Positions 35,880 through 50,436 of a stretch of 64,000 nt of DNA are shown in pieces. The stretch's first letter is position 1. Every line of letters begins with the position of its first letter. Under the pieces are notes generated by a model. The model saw only the letters and a list, made by a program, of their open reading frames with translations, did not search any database and was not told the origin of the DNA. Made by a program: the position numbers and the translations under genes. This stretch comes from Octopus sinensis (taxonomy: Eukaryota): positions 171,678,001 to 171,742,000 of the forward strand of contig NC_042998.1 of the NCBI RefSeq assembly GCF_006345805.1. The letters are read 5' to 3'.

Positions 35880-36560
35880 GATTAGAAATGGTAAGACAAC
35901 AAAAGAATGAAAGAGACCTCGATAGTATATGAATAGAGGAATTTATCTGTAAATATAATATGGGACAATTATTCGGTAGCCATGATAAAACTCCGAGTTT
36001 CGGATGTTGGGACGGAAACCCACGCGGCCATCTCTTCAGTTATTCGGCCTTCGAAAAAATGCTATGAAAATGACCGTTAAACAAAGGAAAATTACAAAAG
36101 AGCTATTAGAATGATCACTAAGTGAGAGGAGAGAGTAAAGGTAAGGAAGTAAAAATGTTCATAGTATTCGCGTAAGCGTGCATGTCCATATCTACACATG
36201 TGCCCCTGAGCACTCACGTACATGCGCCAAAAAGTATATACTCATCCACCCTCACTTGAAACAAACACATGCTCACCCACACATTCGCCAATAAATATAT
36301 ACATACTCGCTCGCACAAAACAGGTTCGTGCTCACGTCTATATACGCACATGCACAAGAAAAAACAGGGCTAAAGGCAAAATACAGAAAAATGTGTAAAA
36401 AGGTATAAAAAAAAGCAATAAGGGTATACGGGTATGTGCCTATATAGACGAGCCCTAAAAGTGACTTGTGGATGGTAGTAGTCATTGACATTTGCGCAAA
36501 TAACATAAATCCAAGCTTCAGAATTTTCCCCCCTCTATCAATTCGGGGGTGATACAACCT
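35880..36560 (-). mobile_element. Degenerate PLE 3' fragment with hammerhead-like motif at 35979-36048
   Basis: LVYIG-containing ORF remnant (36273-36557). The minus strand has aataa CTGAAGA gatg...catcc GAAA ctcggag TT ttat. Confidence 0.5.
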
Positions 36561-36639
36561 GTAGCCAACGAATTAATAAAGAGTCATTCTTTATCCAAAA
36601 ATACAGACCCCTTTTGAATGCATTTACAACAAATGACAT

Positions 36640-37140
36640 ATCCACCACGACGTTAGAATAACACACACGCAAATATTAAAAATGATACATTCAAAAGAGA
36701 TACCCCAAAATTCATTAAGAACAGTCCCAATCACTACTACAATCCACAACGATACACATTTAGATCACTCGACCATTTAACATCCTACTATAATCACGCC
36801 ACTCCTGCATTCTTTTATTATTCTTTCTCTTCTTCTCCTACTCATTCTTCTTCTACGTCTTTTTCTTCCTCTCCGCCACCTCCTTCCTTACTTTACTAAT
36901 GCTGCTTAGAATAACACCCACACAAATATTAATAACAATACATTCAAAACAGATACCTCAAGAATTCAATCTCTACTACCATCCACAACAAACCACTTTC
37001 AGGGCACTTGACCATTTAACATCCTACAACTACCATACCACTCCTGCATTCTTTTATTATTCTTTCTCTTCTTCTCCTAATCATTCTTCTTCTACGTTTT
37101 CTTCTTCCTCTCCACCACCTCTTTCTTGCTTAGAATAACA
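36640..37140. repeat. Tandem duplication of ~250 bp with CT-rich tract
   Basis: ttagaataacac...gaccatttaacatcctac...ccactcctgcattcttttattattctttctcttcttctcct occurs twice. Confidence 0.75.
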
Positions 37141-37159
37141 CCCACATTCTGATCACATT

Positions 37160-37495
37160 CATTCTATGTTTGCAGAACTGTTTCCAGAAGAAAACACAAT
37201 GTTTCAGGATGATAATGCACCAGTTCACACAGCTAAAGTTGTTACTGAATGGCATGAGGAACATTCTAGTGAAGTTGAACATCTTATCTGGCCACCGCAG
37301 TCCCCAGACCTCAATATTATTGAATGTCTATGATGCATTTTAGAAAAACAAGTAAGGAGATGATATTCTCCACCATCATCACTACAAGAACTGGAGAATA
37401 TTTTAGCTGAATAATGGACAAAAATTCCTTTGGATACAATTCAAACTTTGTACGAATCCATATTTCATAGAATTTTAGCTGTAATTACTGCTAAA
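37160..37495 (+). mobile_element. Tc1/mariner transposase C-terminal fragment (pseudogenised)
   Basis: FQDDNAPVHTAK...WPPQSPDLNIIE (DD34E-type motifs) with in-frame stops. Confidence 0.85.
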
Positions 37496-37499
37496 GTTA

Positions 37500-38055
37500 T
37501 TGTTTGTGGACACATATCTGGGTGTGGGTGGTTTGTCTGGGACTGTTTGAAGGAATTTGTCCAAAGACTTCTTAAATTTTGTGTGGTCAGTTTCTGTTTT
37601 GATGTGTCCTGGTGTAATGTTGAAGAGAGCGGGGCCAATTGAGGTGAAATAATTGTGCCGTATTGTTGTTATGAGAAGCGATTTAGATTTTTGTTGTGAA
37701 CGGATGGCACGGGGTCCAAGTCTTGGATGTGTTTTGAAGGTGATGCCAACATCATTTGGACAGTGGTGATGGAAAATTTTCCACATCATACAGATAATGT
37801 AGCGTTCACGGCGTCGTTGGAGCGAATACAGTTTCAGCTTTTCCAGTCTACCCCAGTAGTCAAGGACTGACATGCCATCTATCTTTTTCGTGATTGACCT
37901 TTGGGGAGCTTCAATTTTCATAATATTCTGTTTTGTGTAGGGAGACCACAGTGGACAGCAGTATTCAAGGTGAGGTCGGCAAAAGTCGAGAAAAGAAGGA
38001 TAATGGTGTGGGAATCTCTTGACTGGAAGGTTCTGAGAATCCAGGAACACATTCT
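37500..38055 (-). mobile_element. CR1/L2-type LINE ORF2 3' fragment
   Basis: RPHLEYCCPLWSP...KIEAPQR...LYSLQRRRER...GPALFN...FKKSLDKFL. Confidence 0.85.
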
Positions 38056-38143
38056 GAACACACACATATATATATATGTATATGTAGACATATTAATATG
38101 CATATGAATATATGTATATATGTATATATATGTATATATGACT

Positions 38144-38187
<44 letters not shown>

Positions 38188-38269
38188 ATAATATATATAT
38201 ATATATTATATATATATTCATATACATAAATATATTCATATCTATAGTAGCATAGGCTACTCATTAGTG

Positions 38270-40535
38270 ACTTTAAACTCGAGGCCAAAAGGACATCAAG
38301 AAGCAGACCAAAAAAGAAGGATTTGGAAGCTAAAGAACCTTTCACGTGGTCAGAGATTTAGGGACATCCTCATCAAATTTGAGGAGAGGGAGGAGGAACT
38401 ACAGACATCAGACATAGAAGGTAGCTGGAAATTCCTACGGGACAGCTTGCTGAGTGCCACAGACCAAGTCTGTGGTTGGCGCAAAGTCCCTTCCAGACCT
38501 AGAGTTACGTGGTGGTGGATAAGTATGGTAGACAAAGCCATTAGAGCAAAGAAACAGGCATGGAAAGCCTGGAAGGGTGGGGGTAGCAGGGAACTGTACC
38601 AGGTAGCCAAAAGGGAGGGTGGGCAGCAGATGTACATAGCCAAGAGCGAAGCAGAAAAGAAGTTTGCCAATGTCCAGCGATGTGAGGACCAAAGAACTGA
38701 GGTATTGTGAATTGCAAGACAGTGTGTGAGAGAAAATTGTGATATCACAGGGGAGAAATGCGTCCACATGGATGATGGTGCACTTACTTTTAATGATTTG
38801 GAAAAGAAGGAGGTTTGGAGAAGCCATTATGAAAGAGTTGAATGTGGAGAATGAATGGGAAGAGGAGAGCCTGCCAAATGTTGACCCAGTAGAGGGACCA
38901 GCTATCTGAATAGACAGCTCCCTAGTAGATAAAGCAATTAAGGGTATGAAACCAAGAAAAGCTCCCGGCCCATCAGGAATCATTGCTGAGATGCTTAAAA
39001 CATCTGGTGATGTGATGGCCTAGTCATCCGCATTGTAAACCAGGTAGTTCATGATGGAGCCATACCCATCAACTGGCGTAGTAGCACCATAGTCAACTGC
39101 TACAGGGTAAAGGTGATGCTCTAGATAGAAATAACTACAGGGGTATCAAACTGCTGCATCAGGTGATGAAGGACACGGTGAGGATCATAGCCCATCTCAT
39201 GAGGGAGAGAGCCTGCTTAGATGAGATGAAGTTTGGTTTTGTGCTGGGTAGAAGCACCACTGATGCCATATTCCTGGTTCAACAACTGCAGAAGAAATAA
39301 CTAGCTAAAGATAAACACCTATACTTAGCTTTTGTGAACTTGTAGAAAGCCTTTGACAGGGTCCCCCTATTCCTTATCTGGTAGGCGATGTGGAAACTGG
39401 AGATTGATGAATGGTTAATTAGGGCTGTACAGGCCCTTTACAGAAAGGCTGTATAGTAAGGTTAGGATTGACAATGAGTATAGTGAAGAATTCTGGGTAG
39501 AAGTAGGGGTCCACCAAGGTTCAGCCCTCAGTCCCCTTTTATTCATCATAGTCCTCCAGGCAATAACAGAGGAATTCAAGATGGGTTGCCCCTGGGAGCT
39601 CCTCTATGCTGATGACCTGGCCCTCATAGCAGAATCATTACCGGAACTAGAAAAGAAATTTCGTGTGTGGAAGCTAGGTTTAGAATCAAAAGGCCTTAGA
39701 GCCAGTGTAGCAAAGACCAAAGTTCTAATAAGTAGGAAGGCAAACTCATCACACACCCGCTGCTCGATCTGTAGAAAAGGTGTTGGTAGAAACTCCATAA
39801 GATGTACCCAGTGTAAGTTATGGACATATAAGAGGTGCAGCAACATCAAAGGAAAATTAACCGAGAAGATAACTTTCGTGTGCAGAAGATGCACAGGGGC
39901 AATAGACACCACAGATACTTAGAAAACAGATTCCATCACACTCCAGGGGGAGAATCTAGAAGTAGTTGATAGTTTCTGCTACCTAGGTGACCAAGTTAGT
40001 AGTGGCGGGTGGATGCTCAGAGAGTGTTACCACTAGAATAAGAATAGCCTGGGCAAAGTTTAGAAAGCTTCTTCCCCTACTGGCGACAAAGGGTCTCTCA
40101 CTCAGAGTGAAAGGTAGATTGTATGATGCATATGTGCAAACCGGCATGCTTCACAGTAGTGAAACATGAGCCATGAGTGCAGAGGGCATGTGTAGGTTCA
40201 AAAGAAACGAAGCTAGCATGCTCCGATGGATGTGTAATGTCAGTGTGCATGCACGACAGAGTGTAAGCACCCTGAGAAAAATGTTAGACATAAGAAACAT
40301 CGGATGTGGTGTGCAGGAGAGATGTTTGCATTGGTATGATCGTGTACTACAGATGGATGAGGAGAGATGTGTGCCACTTCCAAACTGTTGAAGGAATCCA
40401 GGGTAGAGGTAGACTCAGGAAGACATGGGATGAGGTGGTGAAGCATGACCTTTGAACGTTTGGCCTCACAGAGGCTATGATGAAAGACTGAGACCTGTGG
40501 AGATATGCTGTGACTGCGAAGACCTGACAAATGAA
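38270..40535 (+). mobile_element. RTE-clade LINE, 5'-truncated and degenerate
   Basis: KAPGPSGI; KAFDRV; QGSALSPL; ELLYADDLALI; RIRIAWAKFR; GRLRKTWDEVVKHDL. Confidence 0.9.
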
Positions 40536-40639
40536 GTGAGTTCATGACTCACAGGACGGCCTGCTGTGCTAACCTTGGATTCTACGGTGACCTGCTATGC
40601 TTGAGGAGACCTATTGAGTCAAGTACATCAACATCAAAA

Positions 40640-40860
40640 TAAAAATCAAATGGAAATTGTAGTTGTGATACCAGTGCTGGTAGCACATAAAAAGCACCCA
40701 CTACACTCATGGAGTGGTTGGCGTTAGGAAGGGCATCCAGTTGTAGAAACACTGCCAGATTAGACTGGAGTCTGGTGCAGCCTCCTGGCTTCCCAGACCC
40801 CGGTTGAACCGTCCAACCCATGCTAGCATGGAAAACTGATGTTAAACTATAATCATGATG
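40640..40860 (+). mobile_element. RTE-related SINE-like repeat with (GAT)n tail (also ~41730-41910, 44025-44215(-), 44482-44690, 45215-45710(-), 52900-53130, 58400-58721)
   Basis: Shared core gagtggttggcgttaggaagggcatccag...caacccatgctagcatgga...gatgatgat. Confidence 0.8.
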
Positions 40861-40870
40861 TATATATATA

Positions 40871-40908
<38 letters not shown>

Positions 40909-41989
40909 GTATATATATATATATATATTTTTTCATATATATTTATATTCATATATATGTATATATATATATATATCTCTCTATATATAAACGGCAGTTT
41001 GTCTGTGTGTGTTTCTGTGTGTCTGTTAGCTTGTACCCTCACCCTGACCACGGCTTTCAACCGATTCTGATGAAACTTGACACACACATAGCCCAATGTC
41101 ATAATTCAAAACTAACGCAGCGGAAATTTTGAAAAGTTCCCCCAGTTCTGAAAAAAATCGATAAATTCGACATGGGGTAGAGAATCAGAAACACAAACCA
41201 CAGACTGTCTTGGGGACGCAACTCGACCTTTTTAACTAAAAAAAAATTTACCATAATTTTTTTTCCATTTTTTGGCTATAACTCTCTAAAAATGCTTTAT
41301 AGTTATTTCCCTTACAAACCCGAGCAACGCCGGGCGATACTGCTAGTGTATATATATATATATATTTTCATATATATATAAATATATATACATATATATA
41401 CATATATATACACAAGGAACACGCGAGTTGATATATATGGAAAAAAATGTCAAGGTAGAAAATGCTAAAATAATTTTATAAAAGACATTTCAGTACCAGT
41501 TTCAGCCATTGATACTTTTTCAACTGTAAGTATGGAAAACAATTAAATTTTGGGAAAATTAAATGTAAAGGATTTTTAAAAGAATATTTACATTGTGTTC
41601 AAATACAAGTGGCATTTTCCTTGCTTCTGCCTGTTTTTGCCTCTTGTTTACTTTTGTGTTTTCAAGGTTATTGTGAATTCTTGGTAGGGAAGAAGAAGAA
41701 GAAGAAGAAGAAGAAGCATGTATTGAATGGTTTGGCCAGGTCTGGGAAGCCAAGAGGCTGCACCAGGCTCCAGTTTGATCTGGCAGTGTTTCTACAGCTG
41801 GATGCCCTTCCTAATGCCAACCACTCTGTAAGTGTAGTGGGTGCTTTTTATGTGCCACCGGCACAGGGGCAAGAGGAGGCTGGCAATGGTCACGATCGGT
41901 TGGTGCTTTTATGTACCACCAGCATGAACCATATATTTAAATATATATTCATATATATGTATATATATATATATATATATAAATATATT

Positions 41990-42020
<31 letters not shown>

Positions 42021-42037
42021 TCATGTATGCATATATA

Positions 42038-42071
<34 letters not shown>

Positions 42072-42563
42072 TATATATATATATTGATATATAAATATAT
42101 GTTTGTTTGTTCCTTCTCGAGCCATGCCTGGCTTATAAGGGCCAGTATCCTAGTTTCCTTGCTGTATAGGTTCCCCATCTGGACGCAGGAGGAAAGAGTG
42201 AAAGTTGTGGTGAAAGACTCTGCACAAGTTCGCCATTACCTTCTGCCAGAGCTGCGTGGAGCTTAGGTGTTTCGCCCATAAACACACACATCGCCCGGTC
42301 TGAGATTCAAACCCGTGATCCTTTGACCACGAGTTCACTGCTCTAACCAGTGGGCCATGTGCCTCTACTATATAAATATATAATGATATATACACAGCCA
42401 CTACACACATTTTTTTTCTCTCCTTGTTTTTTTCTGCGTCCCTTTCTGTAGAAGAGCGTAGGCTCGAAATGTAAAAGACTTTTTCTATTCCTGAGCGTTA
42501 GACTAATACATCTGTTTGTTTTGTACACCACCTGTCTTCATCTTTTGTATTTTTCGTAAACTC

Positions 42564-42602
<39 letters not shown>

Positions 42603-42887
42603 TCATATATAATCAAATATATATATATTCATACATAATCATATATATATAATATATATATTCATATATAATCATATATATTATTAATATATACATATAT
42701 AAATATATTCATCAGAAGGTAATGGCGAACTTGTGCAGAGTCTTTCACCACAACTTTCACTCTTTCCTCCTGCGTCCAGATGGGGAACCTATACAGCAAG
42801 GAAACTGGGATACTGGCCCTTATAAGCCAGGCATGGCTCGAGAAGGAACAAACAAACATATATTTATATATCAATATATATATATAT

Positions 42888-43343
42888 GCTGTCTGGCAAC
42901 CGTGTCGGTGGCACGTAAAAGCACCATCCGTTCACGTCCGTTGCCAGCCTCGGCTGGCCCCCGTGCCGGTGACACGTAAAAGCACCGTCCGTTCGTGGCC
43001 GGTTGCCAGCTCTGTCTGGCCCCGTGTCGGTGGCACGTAAAAGCACCATCCGTTCGTGTCCGTTGCCAGCATCGCCTGGCCCTGTGCTGGTGACACGTAA
43101 AAGCACCATCCGTTCGTGGCCGTTCGCCAGCTCTGTCTGGCACCTGTGCAGGTGGCACGTAAAAAACACCCACTACACTCGCGGAGTGGTTGGCGTTAGG
43201 AAGGGCATCCAGCCGTAGAAACACTGCCAGATCTGACTGGGCCTGACGAAGCCTTCCAGCTTCACAGACCCCAGTTGACCCGTCCAACCCATGCTAGCAT
43301 GGAAAATGGACGCTAAACGATGATGATGATGATGATGATGATG
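42888..43343 (+). mobile_element. Same SINE-like repeat carrying an internal ~45-55-bp minisatellite
   Basis: About 5 units of gtg(g/a)cacgtaaaagcacc(a/g)tccgttcgt(g/c)...gttgccagc before the core. Confidence 0.75.
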
Positions 43344-43970
43344 TGTATGTTTGTGTGAAAAGGTTGAATTATATATTATTATATTCTTCCCTCTCACTTT
43401 ATGCCAACCTAACTTCTTAAGTCACATTTTTATTTATGCATAAATTAGCCATATTATCTCCCCTACATTGTTAATTATAGTTTTTACTATATCTATTATG
43501 CCTTAGAATGTTATTTTTAATTGTTATAGCCACTGTAATTATTTACTGCGTTCTGTAATATTAACAACTAATTTCCTATTTTGTATTTTTTTACCATATA
43601 TTTAATTCACACTAATGAACATAAGCTCTTACACAACTCCATTATATGTAGCTCTGTAAGCATCTTCTACACCTAACTGTTGTTCTCGTTGCATTCTAGC
43701 AGCCTCCTGTTTACTACATTCTCTAGTTTAATATCATTCTCACACAAAAGAAAAGAAAATTGTTTTAAATACACACCATACCTGATATTACTTATAACTG
43801 TCAAGTCATATCCTAAGTCAACTATAAAACTTCTAAAATTTCTTGCAACCTTTTCAATAGTTTTGAGAGTCAAAACTATTGAAAAGGTTGCAAGAAGCAA
43901 TGAAAATTTTAGAAGAATAAAAATTGTAAGGTACAAAAAGAAAATGACTCTCTCCAGACACAACAGAATA

Positions 43971-44025
<55 letters not shown>

Positions 44026-44391
44026 TCATCATCATCATCATCGTTAACGTCCGCTTTCCATGCTAGCATGGGTTGGACGGTTCAACTGGGGTCTGGCAAG
44101 CCCGAAGGCTACACCAGGCCAGTCAGATCTGGCAGTGTTTCTACAGCTGGATGCCCTTCCTAATGCCAACCACTCCGAGAGTGTAGTGGGTGATTTTATG
44201 TGCCACCGACACTGGTAAATGATTTTGATTTTCACTCTCGATGAATTTATCCCTTTTTTGTGTCCCTAGCACTTGGCATCCTTATTTAGGAGCCCTTAAT
44301 TATATTTCTATATGAATAATATTTTGTCTAATGACTAATTCGTCTTTTGTGCTGGGCCACTGGTAGTAATCTATGTTATTTCCCTTTTTTG

Positions 44392-44424
<33 letters not shown>

Positions 44425-45094
44425 AAAGTATGACAATAAATGTTTGGAGAGTATGACAATAAATATAAATATATATATATTTGCCAGCCTCGCCTGGCTC
44501 CTGTGCAGGTGGCACGTAAAAAGCACCCACTACACTCACGGAGTGGTTGGCGTTAGGAAGGGCATCCAGCTGTAGAAACATTGCCAGATAAGACTGGAGC
44601 CTGGTGCAGCCTTCTGGCTTCCCAGATCCCCGGTCGAACCGTCCAACCCATGCTAGCATGGAGAACGGACGTTAAACGATGATGATGATGATATATATAT
44701 TCATGTACTTTTTTTACTTGTTTCAGTCATTTGACTGTTGCAATGCAGGAGCACCACCTTTAGTCGAGCAAATCAACCCTGGGATTTATTCTTTGTAAGC
44801 TTTGTACTTAATCTGTCAGTCTCTTTTGCTGAACCATTAAATTAGAGGGACAATAAACACACCACCATCAGTTGTCAAGTGATGTTGGTGGGATCAAACA
44901 TGGAAACACAAACATACATATATATGACGGACTTCTTTCAGTTTCTGTCTTCCAAATCTACTCACAAGGCTTTGGTCGACTCTAGACTATTGTAGAAGAT
45001 ACTTGCCCAAGATGCCACACAGTGAGACTGAACCTGGAATCATGTGGTTGGTGTGCAAGCTAGTTACCACACAGTCACTCCTGCACCTATACAT

Positions 45095-45149
<55 letters not shown>

Positions 45150-45178
45150 TACATATATATGTAGATGATCATATATAC

Positions 45179-45217
<39 letters not shown>

Positions 45218-45749
45218 CATCATCATTGTTTGATGTCCGCTTTCCATGCTGGCATGGGTTGGATGGTTTGACTGAGGACTGGCAAGCCAGAAGGATGCAC
45301 CAGGCTCCAATCTGATTTGACAAAGTTTCTACAGCTAGATGCCTTTCCTAATGCCAACCACTCCGAGAGTGTAGTTGGTGGTTTTATGTGCCACTGGCAT
45401 AAGGCCCAGTCAGGCGGTACTGGCAACGACCATGCTCAAAAGGTGTTTTTGATGTGCCACCTGCATTGGAGCCAGTCCCGCGTGACTGGCAACAACCACG
45501 CTTGAATGTTGTTTTTCACGTGCCAGTAAATCCACACTTGCAACGATCATGCTTGAATGGTAATTTTCACATGTCACTGCTATGGGAGCCAGTTAGCAGC
45601 CCTGGCAACGATCTCGCTCAGATGGTGTTTCTAACGTTCCACTGGCACGAGTGCCAATCAGGTGGTACTGCTATTGGCCATGTCTGTGATTTTGATTTCT
45701 CTTGCCTCAACAGGTCTTCGTAAGCAATATATATATGCATATATATCTA

Positions 45750-45799
<50 letters not shown>

Positions 45800-45949
45800 T
45801 ACATATACATATATATAATCATACATGATGATGACAGCGGACTCGCGGTCGTAGGATCGCGGTTTCGATTCCCAGACCAGGCGTTGTGAGTGTTTATTGA
45901 GCGAAAACACCTAAAAGCTCCACGAGGCTCCAGCAGGGGGGGGGGGGGA

Positions 45950-47622
45950 TAAGATAATTGTGGTCGTCAGAGTATGCGACAGAATACTTAAGATTAGATT
46001 AGTGCTTCATCATGGGTTAGCAACCATTATCTCGACCTATACCCCTAAGCCGGGGCTACCCAATAGACAGAAAGACCGATTCTATGACACCCTCTTGCAG
46101 ACTACCTCATTGACGAATGACAGGGACTTTCTCTTTGTGGCTGGTGACTTCAATGGACATGTTGGACAACATACAGGGGGCTTCCATGGTGTACATGGAG
46201 GCTACAGTTTTGGTTCCGCAATGAGGAGGGAACCAGGCTGCTGGAGTTCTGCGATGCAAATGATCTTATGGCTTGCAATACTTACTTCAGAAAACCTGCG
46301 AGTCACCTAGTCACCTACCGTTCTGGCAGACACACTAGCCAAATTGACTACATCCTCACCAGAAAAAGGGAAAGATGGCTGCTTAAGATCCTGCAAATGG
46401 ACAAATATTTAGAGATGTATTACTCGAAGCGTTTGACGAAATAGAAGGGGATATAGCTTCACACAGTGTAGAAGACAACTGGAGGTTTCTACACGACAAC
46501 TAGCTGAGGGCCACTGACCAGATCTGTGGATGGTGCAAAGTCCTCTCTCGACCTAAAATAATGTGGTGGTGGAACAATGTTGTTGACAGTGCTATTAGAG
46601 AAAAGAAATGGGCTTGGAAGGACTGGAAGAACGGTGGTAGCAGGGAATTGTATTAGACTGCCAGAAGGGAAGCTAGGAGACAGGTTTATTTGGCCAGAGG
46701 GGAAGCAGATAAGAAAAAATTTGCCAATGTTTTGTGCCATGAGTACCAAAGACTTGAGGTATTTCGTGTTGCAAGACAGTGTGTGAGAGTGAACCGTGAT
46801 GTTGTTGGAGAGAAATGTGTCCGCATGGATGATGGTTCACTCGCACTTAAATGAGGCTGCAAAGAGAGAGGTTTGGAGACACCACAATGAAAGGTTGCTC
46901 AATAAAGAAAAGGAATGGGAAAAAGAGAGTCTGCCGAATATCAACAGAGGGACCAGCTATCCAAGTTGAAAGTACCTTGTAGATAAAGCAATTAAGAGTA
47001 TGAAGACAGGGAAAGACCCTGGCCCATCAGGAATCACTGCAGAGATGCTCAAAATATTTGGCAGTGTCGGCTATAGCCTAGTCACCCATATAATAAACCA
47101 GGTGATACATGACTGAGTCATACCCAATGACTGGTGTAGCAGCACTATAGTCAACTGCTACAAAGGTAAATGTGACGCTTTAGATAAAAATAATTGCAGA
47201 GGTATCAAGTTGTTGGATCAGGTAATGAAGGTCACGGAGAGGGTCATAGCCCAACTAATTAGGGAGAGAGTCAGTTTAGATGAGATGCAGTTTGGATTCA
47301 TGCCGGGGAAAAGCACCAGTGATGCTATATTTCTGGTAAGACAGCTGCAAGAAAAATACTTAGCCAAAGATAAACCTCTGTACCTGGCTTTCACTGACAT
47401 GGAGAAAGCCTTTGACAGAGTCCTCCGATCCCTTATCTGGTGGTCAATGAGGAAACTAGGGATAGATGAATGGTTAGTGAGAACTGTGCAAGCCATGTAC
47501 ATGGACGCTGTCGGTAAGGTGAGGGTTGTCAACAAGTACAGTGAAAAATTCCGGATAGAGGTAGGGGTCCACCAAGGTTCAGTCCTCAGCCCCCTCCTAT
47601 TTATCATAGTCTTCCAAGCAAT
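45950..47622 (+). mobile_element. RTE-clade LINE remnant (APE endonuclease + RT)
   Basis: LFVAGDFNGHVG; IDYILT; QFGFMPGKSTSDAIF; DMEKAFDRV; QGSVLSPLLF. Confidence 0.9.
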
Positions 47623-50390
47623 ATGATGCCATTGATTGAATGCAAAGTACATAAACTAAAAAATGATTACCAAAGCAGTGAAAGTGAATTCACTACTAGC
47701 TTGAAATATTCTACATTAACAGGTGAAGTAAATGTAGTGTTTAGGTGTAAACAAAATAAAGTCAAGTTGACTGAAGCAATGGAATGTGTGTGTGAGGGTT
47801 GTTATACTAAAATCATAATGCTATTTAGTTTTTGATATTTGTAGATTTTTCTGTTCAAATTCTACACAAGTCAGCTTTCCTATTCATTCCTCTGGCATTG
47901 ATAAAATAAAGAGCCAGTAATATATTGGGTTGATTCAACTGGCAACACTATTCATGTACAAAAATTGGTCTTGTGTTTATGTAAGAAATAATAGTAGATA
48001 GTAATGAACACTATAGAGAAAAAGGTAATCAAGCCAGTTTTTATTCTTGTTTGAAGCCAATTCATTTCACTTATGCTGTTAAAGACCTTGAGAAAAGCAT
48101 AAAAACCCTCTAATCTGACTTTATTTCTCTATAAATATGTATCCTACAGCTCAAGTATAAATCAATGAAAATGATAAAGAGACTTTTGGCAGAATCCATA
48201 ATATCTAGAATACAACAGCTGAAGAGTCAATTGTTTTTAATTCCATTGCCAACAGTCACTGTATTGGCAAAGCTAAGTAAATATTAGTCCACCTAGCTGA
48301 AAAATAGAAATCATAGAGATGTACTGATCATTGTTTAATTAGCACATGATGTTGAGCTGAAATTCTAAAACAGGCAACAGGAAATCAGTCCAATTTCTGG
48401 TATAAAGATATTTAAGTTTAAGCAGTGCCCCGATAACCTAACATTTTATTCAAAGTGCATCTAATGTGTATTTCCTACTATTTTCCTTTGCATTTATTAT
48501 TAGTTACATGTCATTTATGAACAAAAGACAGAAGCATTTTTAAGGGAAATAATGTAGATATTAATTGAACTTCTATCAATGATTTAAGACTTCTCTAAGA
48601 TACATAGGTAAATACTCCTGCATTCATGCCCAAAATGTTTAACCATCTCTCCAAATAATATTTGATTTTTCAATTATAATATTTCATGATATCCTGTACT
48701 GAAGGAAAGTGATTCCACCTTCATCTTTATCATTTTATCATTTTATTTTGATGTTAAATGAAACTTAGTTATTTATCAAAAATGAAACACATTTATCAAA
48801 TTTAGAGGGTACTATATTAAGTGTGATGTACACCAAAGTTGATTTATATTTCTTACTCTTACTTCTGTACATTAATGATCTACTTGTTGTCATTTCTTAT
48901 CACACACATGCAGCAATTTTGCAGATGATGTCAACTTTCAATCCTCTTTGATTTTCCACACTCAGGTATCATCCACATTTCATGTTAGATATATGTTGCT
49001 TCCATGAACAGAGAACTCAAAAACATTCTGTAATGAAGTCATGGTAACTTTGTCTCCTTCAAAAACTCAAAAACATGATCACTACACATGTCAAAGTGTC
49101 TTGCAGTATATTCTCCCAATGCATGAATAATATGCAACTAAGTCTCACAAATCACTGCAAATGCTTGATAGACAATTTCTGACAATGTTTTTTAGTAACA
49201 TCACATATATAACACAGCAATAACTGTATTGTAAAAATTAAACTTCTTCAGAGCCAGATACTACATCACCATTACCAGTTTCTGAATTTCACCTTAAATG
49301 AATTTTAGAATACTGTTCACATATTTAGGAAGGTATAACTACAACATACGGATGACTACAAGCATTGGCTCCAGACATGCTGTTTATTTGTACATATTCC
49401 CTATCACAATTACAACAACTCACTCCTTTGGACTAGAGAGATGAATAGACCACCTCACTAGCCTACTCAATCCATCTGTTTCTCTTCATTTTGTCATCCT
49501 TACTGTGTTTCACTGAGCAAAATCCCACACTAAATATTTTGTCCAATCATTCCTTCTCAAAGCAGAAAATTGTGAATATACTTTTCTACTTGCAGATGTT
49601 AAAAGTACAAAAGAACAAACTGAACTTTTGTATTCAAACTGAACTGCATCACAGTCATCAGTCTTGGAAAGGCTTATAAAGGTCATGATCACAATTCTTC
49701 CCATCTGACAAATTAATACAAATTAAGACATCTAATATAAATTATGTACATTTTTTATTCATTATTGTTTACTTTTTAAATTTTGATTATCAAAATGTTG
49801 CTATTAATTTATCAAAATATTATGTAAATTTACATCATATGGAAGTTGCAATGTGGGACAGGTGTTCCAAGCGAGATCCAGACACTGAACATCAATTTGA
49901 CCAGCCAAATATGTTAGATAGTGTTGTTCTTGCCTCCCCTGAATTGCACCAGCAGGGTCTAAGAGAAGATTCTGATAATGGGACAAAGCAAGAGCTCATT
50001 GGCAACATGTGAAGCTTGTACTGTAAAAGTACTTGTTATTGATAGCTAGACAGATGAGAACTGATCACTCAACAAAAGCGCAAATATTAAAATTAGCAAT
50101 GATATTCATAAATCAGAATGCTATCCATGAAAGATTGATTAAGTATTTGATTTGCTGGATCAGTTTGAAGCTTTATATTTTGAGGCTCAAATGAAGAAAT
50201 ATTGAGGTATTAAGAATAAATGAATCGTATTCACTGACATGGCTTGCATAATACTTGGTCCAATTTTGACTACTGCTCAGCAACAGTATTATAGTTTATA
50301 GCTACATAAGAGGTAACATTAGCTGTCAATACGATTTCAAGAATAGAACCTCTAGAAAGAAATTATAATTTGATTGCATCATTTCACAAC

Positions 50391-50436
<46 letters not shown>

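Noticed and set aside
1683-46000. Numerous YI/IY/HT/CV-rich ORFs in the ORF track
   Set aside because: They are translations of (TA)n, (CA)n and (TG)n microsatellites with no coding signal.
47650-50380. Possible additional gene downstream of NDNF
   Set aside because: No long ORFs, recognisable motifs or consistent exon structure seen.
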